The notes: generated by a model from the sequence alone, not told the origin. Numbered from the stretch's first letter, positions 49,781-59,108 are shown. The stretch is DNA of 64,000 nucleotides from Acidobacteriota bacterium (GCA_963663035.1 OY760074.1:2976001-3040000); one strand, 5' to 3'. Numbers and translations are program-made.

Positions 49781-50844
49781 CAGGACAACAACCTTCATCA
49801 CTCCTGAATGAACGTGCTCGGAATGTTCTGAAAGCATTAATCCAGGAATATGTGCGCGGCAGCAAGCCGGTCGGCTCTCGTCGCTTGGCAAAGCACTATG
49901 GGGAGGGACTCAGTTCGGCCACCATCCGCAATGTGATGGCCGAGTTGGAACGAGTGGGTTTTCTCACCCAGCCCCACACTTCGGCCGGAAGAGTTCCCAC
50001 CGCGAAAGGCTATCGCTTGTATGTCGACTCTCTCCTGGACACCAGAGACCTACCCAGTCGCGAAGTAGATCGGATTAGGCAGAGCTTAGAAAACGAGGCG
50101 GATCCTGGAGAATTGATGAGCAAGACCTCGCAGGTTCTTTCTCTCTTATCGAACAATGTGGGTTTTGTCCTGGCTCCCACTATTTCCCATGCCGCCATGA
50201 AGCATATTAAGTTTGTCAGGATTGCTCAGCAGCGGATCCTGGTGATTTTGGTGACGGGATCAGGACTCGTTCAACATCGGCTCATCCAGCTAAAGCCAGA
50301 TCTTACCCAGAGAGAGCTAGACCAGGCAGGTCGCTATCTGGTCGCCCAATTTGAGGGGCAAACACTGCTAGATATCCGACGTGAGTTACTTCGTCTTATG
50401 TTAGAAGAGAAGTCTCTTTACGACCGCATGCTGCAAAATGTCATCTTGCTTGGTGCTGCCAGCCTGGTGAAATGTGAAGGTGAGGAGGCTGAGGAATCAG
50501 AAGTGTACCTGGGAGGTACCGCTCGCATCATGCAAAAGCCTGAATTAGCCGATATCAAGAGCATGACCGCTCTCTTTGAGACCATCGAGGAGAAAAGTCG
50601 GCTGGTGAAAATCATTTCTGAATGCCTGAAGACAGTTTCCTCCGGGCCAACAGTCAGGATAGGTCTGGGAAAACACATCCCCGGGATGGGGGATTGGGCA
50701 TTGATTTCCTCTCCCTATCTGTACCATCACAAGGTCATAGGCAGTCTGGGGATTTTGGGACCATCTCGCATGGAATATGAGAAGGCAATTAGCCTTGTTG
50801 ACTATGTGGCCAAACTCTTCAGCAAACTCTTGAGCAACAACTGA
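49777..50844 (+). CDS. hrcA: Heat-inducible transcription repressor
   Basis: PVGSR, SSATIRNVM, QPHTSAGRVPT, LGILGPSRMEY; ATGA overlap with the upstream stop. Confidence 0.96.
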   Translation: MTGQQPSSLLNERARNVLKALIQEYVRGSKPVGSRRLAKHYGEGLSSATIRNVMAELERVGFLTQPHTSAGRVPTAKGYRLYVDSLLDTRDLPSREVDRIRQSLENEADPGELMSKTSQVLSLLSNNVGFVLAPTISHAAMKHIKFVRIAQQRILVILVTGSGLVQHRLIQLKPDLTQRELDQAGRYLVAQFEGQTLLDIRRELLRLMLEEKSLYDRMLQNVILLGAASLVKCEGEEAEESEVYLGGTARIMQKPELADIKSMTALFETIEEKSRLVKIISECLKTVSSGPTVRIGLGKHIPGMGDWALISSPYLYHHKVIGSLGILGPSRMEYEKAISLVDYVAKLFSKLLSNN

Positions 50845-50850
50845 TTATGA

Positions 50851-50874
50851 GCCGGGCTTATGCATAAGCCCGGC
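50851..50874. repeat. 24-bp perfect palindrome, collapsed family A' element
   Basis: gccgggcttatgcataagcccggc flanked by TGA and TAG; equals the two A' ends fused at TATGCATA. Confidence 0.85.
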
Positions 50875-50897
50875 TAGAGGAGTGTTCAAAGACACTT

Positions 50898-51473
50898 ATG
50901 GCGAAAAACAAGCCCCCCGAAGAAGAGAAAGAAGAGTCTGAAAACCAGCCACCGGAACTCTATCAAGAATCCCTAGAGAGGCTTCAGAAGGAAAAAGATG
51001 ACCAGTACGACTTGTTACTCCGCAAGCAAGCCGAGCTGGAGAATTATCGGAAACGAGTTGAAAAGGAGAAACAGGAATTGCGCCTCTCGGTCCAGGCTCA
51101 GGTCATCGAGAGGTTATTGCCCATCCTGGACGCCTTTGAGAAAGGACTCTCCAGTTTAAAGGAAGTATCCGGAGATTCTGAGCTGCAGACCTACAGTGAG
51201 GCTTATGATCTACTGTATCAGGAGATTCAGTCAGTCCTCCAGAAGTTTGAGGTGACTGAAGTACCCGGAGTCGGAACTAATTTTGATCCCAATGTGCATG
51301 AAGCGGTGGTCAGAAAAGTAACAACTGAGCACGAAGAGGGCGAAATTCTCGAGGAATATCGCAAAGGTTACAAAATCAACGACCGACTTTTGCGTCCCTC
51401 CCAAGTCAGTGTAGCTGTCCAACCGGACGAGATTTCCGTTGCCCATGGCGACCGGGAAGGAGGGGAGGAGTAG
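50898..51473 (+). CDS. grpE: Nucleotide exchange factor GrpE
   Basis: AELENYRKR, FDPNVHEAV, KGY..RLLRP. Confidence 0.96.
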   Translation: MAKNKPPEEEKEESENQPPELYQESLERLQKEKDDQYDLLLRKQAELENYRKRVEKEKQELRLSVQAQVIERLLPILDAFEKGLSSLKEVSGDSELQTYSEAYDLLYQEIQSVLQKFEVTEVPGVGTNFDPNVHEAVVRKVTTEHEEGEILEEYRKGYKINDRLLRPSQVSVAVQPDEISVAHGDREGGEE

Positions 51474-51548
51474 ACTTCTCACCCTCCTTGAAAACCACTC
51501 ACAGCGATCTTATGATTATTTTTGTGGCAAGCCACTTAGGAGAGTAGT

Positions 51549-52664
51549 TTGGCGAAAAGAGACTTTTACGAAATACTGGGTGTCAATAACGATGCCGGTG
51601 AGCAGGAAATCAAGCGCGCTTACCGTAAATTAGCCATCCAATACCATCCCGATAAGAATGCTGGGAGTAAGGAAGCGGAGGAGAAATTCAAAGAGGCTGC
51701 CGAGGCCTATAGTGTCCTGAGTGACCGCGAAAAGAGAGCTCGCTACGATCGCTTCGGGCATGCCGGCGTCAGCTCTGGAGCTGGAGGATTTGAAGGATTC
51801 GATCCCGACACATTCTCCGATTTCAGCGACATTCTGGGTGATTTCTTTGGCTTCGGGGATGTCTTTGGAGGCTCCCGAAGACAATCAAACCGCCCCCGCC
51901 GCGGTGCCGATCTTCGATTCGACCTTGAGCTGAGTTTCGAAGAGGCGGTGTTTGGCATAAAGACGAAGATCAAGATTCCCCGCCAAGAGACTTGTACGAA
52001 CTGTCATGGCTCGGGAGCCGATCCGAAGCAAGGAACTACCACCTGCACCGCCTGTCAAGGACAAGGCACCGTTCGATACCAGCAAGGCTTCTTCACTATT
52101 CGTCAAACCTGCTCCACCTGCCGTGGTAGTGGACAACTGATCAAAAAGGCTTGTTCCCAGTGCAGAGGCGAAGGACAAGTCCGGAAAGAAAAAGTGCATG
52201 AGATCAAGATTCCCGCCGGAGTAGACGAAGGCTCTGTCTTGAGACTGGTCAGGGAAGGAGAGGCCGGGCCCAACAGCGGTCCCAGCGGGGACCTGAATAT
52301 CGTGATTTCAGTCGCAGAGCATCCCTTTTTTAAGCGCCACGACAACAACATTTATTGCGAGATACCGATCACTTTCTCCCAGGCCGCTCTGGGCGGAGAG
52401 ACTACTGTCCCTACAGTCGAGAAACCGGAGAAGATCAAAATTCCACCAGGAACCCAATCCGATACTGTCTTCCGCTTGAAAGGCCGAGGGATTGTGAGCG
52501 TTAACGGGCACGCCAAGGGGGATCAATTGGTACAGGTCAAAGTCGTGACCCCCACCAAATTGAATAAGGAACAAAAGGAACTCCTCCGCCAGCTGGATGC
52601 CATTTCAGGAACAGCCCAGGAATCGAGTAATCTCTTTGAAAAAGTCAAAGAGATGCTGAGCTAG
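51549..52664 (+). CDS. dnaJ: Chaperone DnaJ
   Basis: J domain HPD, G/F region, four CxxCxGxG. Confidence 0.97.
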   Translation: MAKRDFYEILGVNNDAGEQEIKRAYRKLAIQYHPDKNAGSKEAEEKFKEAAEAYSVLSDREKRARYDRFGHAGVSSGAGGFEGFDPDTFSDFSDILGDFFGFGDVFGGSRRQSNRPRRGADLRFDLELSFEEAVFGIKTKIKIPRQETCTNCHGSGADPKQGTTTCTACQGQGTVRYQQGFFTIRQTCSTCRGSGQLIKKACSQCRGEGQVRKEKVHEIKIPAGVDEGSVLRLVREGEAGPNSGPSGDLNIVISVAEHPFFKRHDNNIYCEIPITFSQAALGGETTVPTVEKPEKIKIPPGTQSDTVFRLKGRGIVSVNGHAKGDQLVQVKVVTPTKLNKEQKELLRQLDAISGTAQESSNLFEKVKEMLS

Positions 52665-52711
52665 GCGAGAGCCTAGTGTCGCTTCCCGATTTCTGGTTCG
52701 AGGTTCTGGTG

Positions 52712-52833
52712 GCCGGTGTTCAGGAAGGTCAAGATCGAGGCCGCACAAGCCCTTCGACCGCAGGCGTAGCCTAAGCTACATCGAGGATCGAAGGGCGCGG
52801 GAAAAAAAAAGATTGGCCTTCCTGGACACCCGC
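52712..52833 (+). mobile_element. Structured repeat family C, copy C1 (122 bp, uninterrupted)
   Basis: IR ggtgttcaggaaggtcaa / ttggccttcctggacacc; inner stems cccttcga/tcgaaggg and gtagc-cta-agctac. Confidence 0.88.
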
Positions 52834-52846
52834 ACAAGAGACTGCA

Positions 52847-53586
52847 ATGTATCGTGCACTGATTCAGCTAGGCGATCAAGGACAAGTTACCCTTCCAGAA
52901 GATGAAGTGCATCATCTGATACGGGTACGCCGGGCCAGAGCTGGAGACCGCTTTGTGGGACTGGACGGCACAGGTAGAGTGTACCTGTGTTCTCTAGAGG
53001 AAACCCAGGAGGGGTGGCATGGCACCATTCTCAAGGAGTTGCAGGAGCAGGGGAAACCTCCTCTGCGAGTGACTTTGGCACAATCTCTCATCAAGAAAGA
53101 CAAGTTTGAGTGGGTCCTCCAAAAGGCAACTGAAGTCGGGGTCTCAGAAATCGTGCCTCTGATCACTGCCCGAACCGAGCTTCTGCTCAATCCCGAAAGA
53201 GAAGAAAGGAGGATGAAGCGCTGGCGCAAGATTCTGCTGGAGGCGGTCAAGCAGTGCGGTCGCGCTCAATCCCCCAACTGGCTAAGCCCACGGGGTTAAG
53301 GGAGTTTCTGTGTGCCTCATCAGAGGACTTCAAGCTTGTTCTTGATGAAATGGGGGGACTTCACTTGAAAGAGCTCATTGACGGCCATCGAGATGCCGTC
53401 TCCTGTTTGGTCATAGTGGGGCCCGAGGGCGGCTGGGATGAAAGCGATCGCCAGCTTCTCCGAGAGCAGGAAGTTCCCGCAGTAAACTTGGGAACTCGCA
53501 CCTTGCGGGCTGAGACGGCTCCCATAACAATACTTTCCATCCTTCAGTACGAGCTGGGGGATTTGTTCCCAACGACCCAGCCATGA
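52847..53586 (+). CDS. rsmE: 16S rRNA m3U1498 methyltransferase, one frameshift near 53268 (probably an error)
   Basis: HHLIRVRR, QKATEVGV, EAVKQCGR in one frame; VGPEGG, LRAETA in the next; one A missing in caa(a)tcccc. Confidence 0.9.
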
Positions 53587-54410
53587 GATACCTTCCATTG
53601 CTTCTCTTCCTCTTTCAACCTGCTCTGGTCTTCTCCCAGCAGCGACCCCTGGTGACGGAACGCGCGGAGACAGTCACACGGGGTCATATCCTTTTCGATA
53701 TCGGCCTCGAGTTCCTTCAGGATGCTGTTTTTGCTTTCTCAGGGCTGGAAGGGGATTTGACCAGAATCGGGGTGCTGGGGGCCCGCATCGGGGTGGCGGA
53801 TAACGTTGAACTTCAGGTTCTGGGAACCATCCAGAACACCCTAAACATCGAGAATCGCTTTCCGGCTCCCAACACCCCTCTCCTGAACTTCACGGGAAAC
53901 TCCACCAACGATGTGGGAGATTTTACCATGGCCACCAAAGTGCGCCTCACAGAAGAGGGGGAGAGGTGGCCGGCCATAGCGTCTCGGTTCGGCTTTAGCA
54001 TGCCCAATGCCTCCAACGAAAATGGGTTGGGTAATGATGAAATCGATGTCTTTTCCAGTCTTTTGTTTCAAAAGCACTTTGGAAAGCTTCAGGTTTTCAC
54101 GAATCTGGGCTTGGCCATCTTAGGAGACCCGGTTACCCCCGGAGCTCAAGACGACCTGTATACCTATGGCCTGGCAGGACTGTACCCGCTTGGTGACGGG
54201 ATCAATCTGGTGGTAGACGCTTATGGGCGGGTAGGAGCCGGAGGGATCGGGACCGAGGAGCAAACAAGGCTTCGCCTGGGGACCCAGATCAATGCGGCTG
54301 GACTGGTTTGGGATGTGGCCCTGGCCGTGGGTTTTCGAGACACAGATCCTTCCAGGGGACTCCTGCTAGGCGTGTCGAAGGACTTCAACTTCCCCCTGCT
54401 TGTGCGCTAG
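53583..54410 (+). CDS. Putative outer-membrane beta-barrel protein
   Basis: Signal peptide, RPLVTERAET, GDFTMATK, alternating beta-strand pattern. Confidence 0.65.
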   Translation: MRYLPLLLFLFQPALVFSQQRPLVTERAETVTRGHILFDIGLEFLQDAVFAFSGLEGDLTRIGVLGARIGVADNVELQVLGTIQNTLNIENRFPAPNTPLLNFTGNSTNDVGDFTMATKVRLTEEGERWPAIASRFGFSMPNASNENGLGNDEIDVFSSLLFQKHFGKLQVFTNLGLAILGDPVTPGAQDDLYTYGLAGLYPLGDGINLVVDAYGRVGAGGIGTEEQTRLRLGTQINAAGLVWDVALAVGFRDTDPSRGLLLGVSKDFNFPLLVR

Positions 54411-54806
54411 CGGGTGTTCAGGGAGGTCAGGATCGAGGCCGCACAAGCCCTTCGACCGCAGGCGTAGCCAAAGTACTCCCTTTCATCAATACGGCAACGT
54501 TTGCGGGTGGGGCTTGCGAGGCGAGGTCGCGAAGGGAGGAGAAGGCGATGTCAGGGACATCGACGACGACGAGAGCCAAAGAGATCGCCCGCAACCTCCA
54601 TTCGCCAAAAGGGTTGGGACGGGACGGGCCCATCTCTTTGTTGCTCCTCCTCGGCGATGTCAGGGACATCGACTCGTCGTCGCGCCTCGATCTGGGCTCC
54701 GTCGCGTTCCCAACAAACGTTATCGTATTGATGAAAGTGAGTACTAAGCTACGTCGAGGATCGAAGGGCGCGGAGAACGAAGAGCCTGGCCTTCCTGGAC
54801 ACCCGC
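54410..54806 (+). mobile_element. Structured repeat family C, copy C2, interrupted by B3
   Basis: 54410-54472 and 54745-54806 rejoin to match C1; 22-bp terminal stem; GCTA on both sides. Confidence 0.9.
54473..54744 (+). mobile_element. Structured repeat family B, copy B3 (272 bp), nested in C2
   Basis: IR gtactccctttcatcaatacg / cgtattgatgaaagtgagtac; flanks AAA and TAA. Confidence 0.93.
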
Positions 54807-54811
54807 GCTAA

Positions 54812-55019
54812 GCCCGCATTTCTCATACCAGTTCGTCACGAAGCGGCGGAAGGGACGGCCTGACAAGGCGCGCGAGGGGTTCCCGCTTGCGGGTCGACCC
54901 CCGCAAACGTACTCTTGAGTACGTTGAGGAGGCCGAGGGGTTCCCGCTTGCGGGTCGTGCAACGCAGTCAGGTCGGATCATTGCGCCGATGCAGTAGAAC
55001 GGGTGTGAGAAGTGCGGGC
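54812..55019 (+). mobile_element. Structured repeat family A, copy A4 (208 bp, fullest form)
   Basis: IR gcccgcatttctcatacc / ggtgtgagaagtgcgggc; two copies of gaggggttcccgcttgcgggtcg around the aacgtac..gtacgtt hairpin. Confidence 0.93.
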
Positions 55020-55020
55020 T

Positions 55021-57729
55021 TTAACTGCAACCTGAGGTACTGCCACAGACAGTGCAAATGTAGCAGTTGCCATTCCGCTGCATCAGATTCCCGCAAGTCA
55101 GGCAGGTGTGGGATTCTCTGGCACTATCCTGAATCAGCCGCTGGGCGGCACGGGTGGCCTCGGGCAAAGCAGCCTGGTCCGAGAAAGTCACCTGTACGCC
55201 GCCCTGGACACTACCATTCGGTTTCACGTTGTGGATTCCCAGGGCTTCCTGAACCTCAAGGCTGAGAAATTGGGTGGCCAGAAAACGGACCACATAGTCG
55301 GGAATTGAGGTGGCGAACGGAATTTGAGTATTGTCGGTAAATCCAGCAGGCTCGAAACTCATATGAGCAAAGATCCGCACGTAGTCCTCCAGTGGCACAC
55401 CACGCTGCAGGCCCATTGAGATGGCAACGGCCCAAGCCATGGTCATGCCCTGGAGAGTGGAGCCTTGTTTGGCAAAATTGAGGAAGATTTCACCCAACTG
55501 TTTGTCTTCCGGGTACATACCCATGGTCAGATAACCCTTGAAGCCCTTGATTCGAAACTCGTGCTGCAGGGCCGGGTGATCCTTGGGCATGTTGCGTTGC
55601 TGCGGTACGTTCACCGGTTGAAGTTTTTCCTTGTTAGAGAGCGGCTGTACCATCTTGCATCCATCGCGATAGATGGACACTGATTTCATCCCGTGTCTCC
55701 AGCCCTCAATGTAGGCCTCCATGATCTCTTCCACCGAGGCCTCGTTGGGGAGATTAATGGTCTTGGAAATAGCGCCCGACAGAAAGGGCTGAACGGCTCC
55801 GCACATCTTAATGTGTCCAAGATATTGAATGGAACGACTTCCCATGGCAGGCCGATCAGCACAGTCAAAAACGGCTACGTGCTCCTCTTTCAAGTGAGGG
55901 GCACCCTCGATCATCTCCTGCTTCTCGACATACTTCAGGATTTCGTCGATCTCTTCCTGCGGATAGCCCAGTCTCTTGACAGCTCGAGAAATCGTGTTGT
56001 TCACGATTTTCAGGTTTCCTCCACCCACCAGTTTCTTGACTTTAACCAGTGAAAAGTCGGGCTCCACACCCGTTGTATCACAGTCCATCATGAAGGCAAT
56101 GGTCCCGGTGGGAGCCAGGAGGGTGACCTGGGCATTTCGGTATCCATGCTCGGAACCCTCCACGATAGCCTGATCCCACGCCTCCATAGCGGCGTGCAGA
56201 AGCTCCATGGGAACCAAGGCAGAGTCGATTCCAGAGAGAGCTTCCCGATGCTTATGAATGACGCGCATGGTGGTAAGCCGATTTTTCTCAAAGCCAGCGA
56301 AAGCGCCCTTCTGCTCGGCGATCTCGGCACTGGTCAAATAGGCCTGACCGGTCATCAGAGCTGTAATCGCAGCAGAGAGATTCCGAGCTTGATCACTATC
56401 GTAGGGAAGGCCGGAAGCCATCAGCAGCGCACCCAGATTGGCAAATCCCAACCCCAAAGTCCGGTAGTCGTGGCTGATTCTCGTGATTTCCGGGGTGGGG
56501 TAGGAGGAGTTGTCAACAATGATCTCCTGCGCCAGGATCATGATTTGAACTGCTCGGCGGAAAGCCTGAATGTCGAATTGACCCTCCTCCTTCACGAACT
56601 TCATCAGGTTCAGCGAGGACAGGTTACAGGCTGAATTGTCCAGGAAGACGTATTCTGAGCAGGGATTGGAGGCGTTGATGGGGCCACTATTGGGACAGGT
56701 GTGCCAGTCATTCAGGGTCGTGTAGAACTGAAGACCTGGATCGCCACAAATCCAGGTTGCCTTTGCGATCCACTGCATCATCTCGCGGGCTTTGTAGGTA
56801 TCAACTACCTCACCACTTGTGACCTTACAGGTTTTCCATTCTTTTTCATTGACCACGGCCTCCATAAACTCGTTGGTCACGCTGACACTATTATTGGCAT
56901 TTTGAAACTGGACGCTCTGGTAGGCTTCTCCATCGATGGAGTCGTCGTATCCGAGCTGGATCAGTTTGTGAGCCTTTTCTTCCTCCCGAGCCTTACTCCA
57001 GATATATTCCTTAATATCCGGATGATCCGCGTTTAGAATGACCATCTTAGCGGCTCTTCGTGTGGCTCCGCCCGACTTGATGGCCCCGGCAAAACTGTCA
57101 TACCCTCTCATGAAAGAAACGGGTCCTGAAGCAAAGCCCCCCACGGCCAAGGGCTCCACTGAAGAACGGATATTCGACAGGTTCACACCGGAACCAGACC
57201 CTCCTTTGAAAATATGGGCCTCGGTTTTGGCCAGCTTCATGATGGAGCCCATATTGTCTTGGACGCTATTGATAAAGCAGGCCGAACACTGAGGATTCCT
57301 CTTGATACCCATGTTGAACTGTACCGGGCTATTGAAGGCGGCCATTTGATGCAGAAGTAAATAAGACAGCTCGTGAGTGAAGGTTTGAGCATCCTTAGTG
57401 GAGGCGAAGTAGTTCCCCTTCTTGCCCCAAACGGTCAGGGTGTCAACAATCCGCCCGATGAGCTGCTTGACACTGTGCTCCCGCTTGGGACTTCCGAGAT
57501 GACCACGGAAATATTTGCTGGCTACTATGTCCGTCGCCCGTTGGGTCCAAAATTGAGGGAATTCCAGGTCCTCTTGTCGAAAAGCGATCTTGCCAGTTTC
57601 AAAATCCTTGATTTCGGCGGTCCGAGTCTCCCACTTGACATCGTCAAAAGGGTGTCTTCCCTTTTGGCTAAAGTAGGGTTCGATGGTGAGACCAGTAGAC
57701 ACTTCCGCTTTCCCGACAGCCTTTTTCAT
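55021..57729 (-). CDS. nrdJ: Class II adenosylcobalamin-dependent ribonucleotide reductase
   Basis: FNSP, PQCSACFI, ASNPCSEY, APTGTI, GAISKTIN, TSCPD-like domain, C-terminal CxxC..CxxC. Confidence 0.95.
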   Translation of the reverse strand: MKKAVGKAEVSTGLTIEPYFSQKGRHPFDDVKWETRTAEIKDFETGKIAFRQEDLEFPQFWTQRATDIVASKYFRGHLGSPKREHSVKQLIGRIVDTLTVWGKKGNYFASTKDAQTFTHELSYLLLHQMAAFNSPVQFNMGIKRNPQCSACFINSVQDNMGSIMKLAKTEAHIFKGGSGSGVNLSNIRSSVEPLAVGGFASGPVSFMRGYDSFAGAIKSGGATRRAAKMVILNADHPDIKEYIWSKAREEEKAHKLIQLGYDDSIDGEAYQSVQFQNANNSVSVTNEFMEAVVNEKEWKTCKVTSGEVVDTYKAREMMQWIAKATWICGDPGLQFYTTLNDWHTCPNSGPINASNPCSEYVFLDNSACNLSSLNLMKFVKEEGQFDIQAFRRAVQIMILAQEIIVDNSSYPTPEITRISHDYRTLGLGFANLGALLMASGLPYDSDQARNLSAAITALMTGQAYLTSAEIAEQKGAFAGFEKNRLTTMRVIHKHREALSGIDSALVPMELLHAAMEAWDQAIVEGSEHGYRNAQVTLLAPTGTIAFMMDCDTTGVEPDFSLVKVKKLVGGGNLKIVNNTISRAVKRLGYPQEEIDEILKYVEKQEMIEGAPHLKEEHVAVFDCADRPAMGSRSIQYLGHIKMCGAVQPFLSGAISKTINLPNEASVEEIMEAYIEGWRHGMKSVSIYRDGCKMVQPLSNKEKLQPVNVPQQRNMPKDHPALQHEFRIKGFKGYLTMGMYPEDKQLGEIFLNFAKQGSTLQGMTMAWAVAISMGLQRGVPLEDYVRIFAHMSFEPAGFTDNTQIPFATSIPDYVVRFLATQFLSLEVQEALGIHNVKPNGSVQGGVQVTFSDQAALPEATRAAQRLIQDSARESHTCLTCGNLMQRNGNCYICTVCGSTSGCS

Positions 57730-57843
57730 TAATTTCTTCCCTTCCAAGGATTAGGTTCCGGGTTATCCGGTGCGGCCCATTCTAGATGGGGACCCTGACG
57801 ATCCAGACATCACCAGAACCGATCTCTCAAAAATCTCTTTGAA

Positions 57844-57891
57844 GCTCAGGATATAGCGGTTATTTCACTACAATTATACTAAATATGGTGT
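57844..57891 (-). promoter_or_regulatory. Tandem NrdR boxes overlapping the nrdJ -10 (TATAAT at 57878-57873)
   Basis: acaccatatttagtat (57891-57876) and ccgctatatcctgagc (57859-57844), 32 bp apart; match acaCwAtATaTwGtg. Confidence 0.8.
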
Positions 57892-57897
57892 TGTTAA

Positions 57898-58101
57898 GCC
57901 CGCACTTCTCACACCCGTTCTACTGCATCGTCGCAATGCCTCGACCTGACTGCGTTGCACGACCCGCACGCCAGTGCGGGTACCCCTCGCGCGCCAGTCG
58001 GGCCCGCAGGCTTTAGCCTGCGGGCCCGTGGGCTAAAGCCCACGGCTCTGTTTTCCGGCCCTTCCGCTGCTTCGCTACGACCTGGTGTGAGAAATGCGGG
58101 C
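57898..58101 (-). mobile_element. Structured repeat family A, copy A5 (204 bp) with REP-like insert
   Basis: Family A IRs; TAA on both sides; extra double hairpin at 58000-58045. Confidence 0.93.
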
Positions 58102-58386
58102 TAAGCGATCGACGAGTTCCTCTCTTGAGAGCCCTCGGATTGTGACAGTTTTATTGCGGGAATGCTGTCCTTGGATCAGGGAGAGATTTTTGGCAGGCAA
58201 CTCCAAAGAGCGGGCCAAGAAGCTCAGAAGTTCACGATTGGCACGGTCTTTCAGGGGAGGAGCAGCCAGGCGAACCTTCAAGGCGCCATTGTATGAACCG
58301 CTGATTTGGCTCTTCGCCGCTAGTGGCTGGACCCGCACTGGCAACAGAAGCATTCCCGATCTTTCGCTGATCTCTACCTCATCCAT
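58075..58386 (-). CDS. DUF167 (YggU-like) protein
   Basis: VRVQP, LKVRLAAPP..RAN, GQHSRNK; last codons lie within A5. Confidence 0.9.
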   Translation of the reverse strand: MDEVEISERSGMLLLPVRVQPLAAKSQISGSYNGALKVRLAAPPLKDRANRELLSFLARSLELPAKNLSLIQGQHSRNKTVTIRGLSREELVDRLARISHTRS

Positions 58387-59068
58387 CACGTGAACCAAAA
58401 ATGGCAGTGCCAATTCTCACCAAGGTGGCTCCTTCTTCGATGGCGATCTGGTAGTCGTGACTCATCCCCATGGAGAGTTCCCGCAGGGGTTGCTGGCGAC
58501 TCCTGTTAATCTCAGCCAAAAGCTCTGCCATTTGACGAAAGTAGGGACGAGAGGCTTCTGCCTCTTCATGATAGGGAGGAATGGTCATCAGGCCCTGCAG
58601 CTCCAATCTGGGCATCGAATCCACCAGTTCCACCATGCCGGCCAAATCTTGAGGAAGGATGCCGTGTTTTTGAGGTTCTGCTCCACTTTTGACTTCAAGA
58701 AACACAAGCAGTGTCCTCCCTAACTCCTCCGCACATCGGTTGAGCCTGTCTACAATCTTTTGCCTGTCCAAGGTTTGGATGACATCGAAAAGTTGGGCCG
58801 CACGTCTCACCTTGTTCGATTGCAAGGGACCGATCAAGTGCCAGGCAAGACCACTGTGGTTGACTAAAGGGATCTTTTCCTCTGCTTCCTGAACACGGTT
58901 CTCCCCAAAGAGAGTCTGTCCCGAGGCATAGGCTTGCCTGACGCAATCAGCAGGGAAGGTTTTGGAAACCGCCAGAACCCGGATTTCTTCGGGATTACGG
59001 CGGCAGGCAAGAGCGATGGATCGGACTTCCTCGCGCACTCGCTCGAGATTGGAGGCAACATCAACCAC
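58379..59068 (-). CDS. yggS: PLP homeostasis protein
   Basis: LAVSKT, FGENRVQE, WHLIGPLQSNK, GLMTIP, LSMGMSHD, VRIGTAIFG; start GTG 59068. Confidence 0.94.
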   Translation of the reverse strand: MVDVASNLERVREEVRSIALACRRNPEEIRVLAVSKTFPADCVRQAYASGQTLFGENRVQEAEEKIPLVNHSGLAWHLIGPLQSNKVRRAAQLFDVIQTLDRQKIVDRLNRCAEELGRTLLVFLEVKSGAEPQKHGILPQDLAGMVELVDSMPRLELQGLMTIPPYHEEAEASRPYFRQMAELLAEINRSRQQPLRELSMGMSHDYQIAIEEGATLVRIGTAIFGSRDG

Positions 59069-59108
59069 AGGCGTAAGTATACCGAATTGCCTGTGGTAGT
59101 ATGCACTT
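59069..59108. promoter_or_regulatory. Back-to-back -10 elements for leaderless yggS and tmk
   Basis: TGgTAGTAT 6 nt before the tmk GTG; TATACT on the minus strand 7 nt before the yggS GTG; no SD. Confidence 0.55.

Noticed and set aside
49690-51548. CIRCE operator and dnaK in the hrcA-grpE-dnaJ cluster
   Set aside because: No TTAGCACTC-N9-GAGTGCTAA found by eye. dnaK is absent here, but separate dnaK loci are common.
57730-57897. Cobalamin riboswitch upstream of nrdJ
   Set aside because: The leader is too short and lacks the B12-box motifs.
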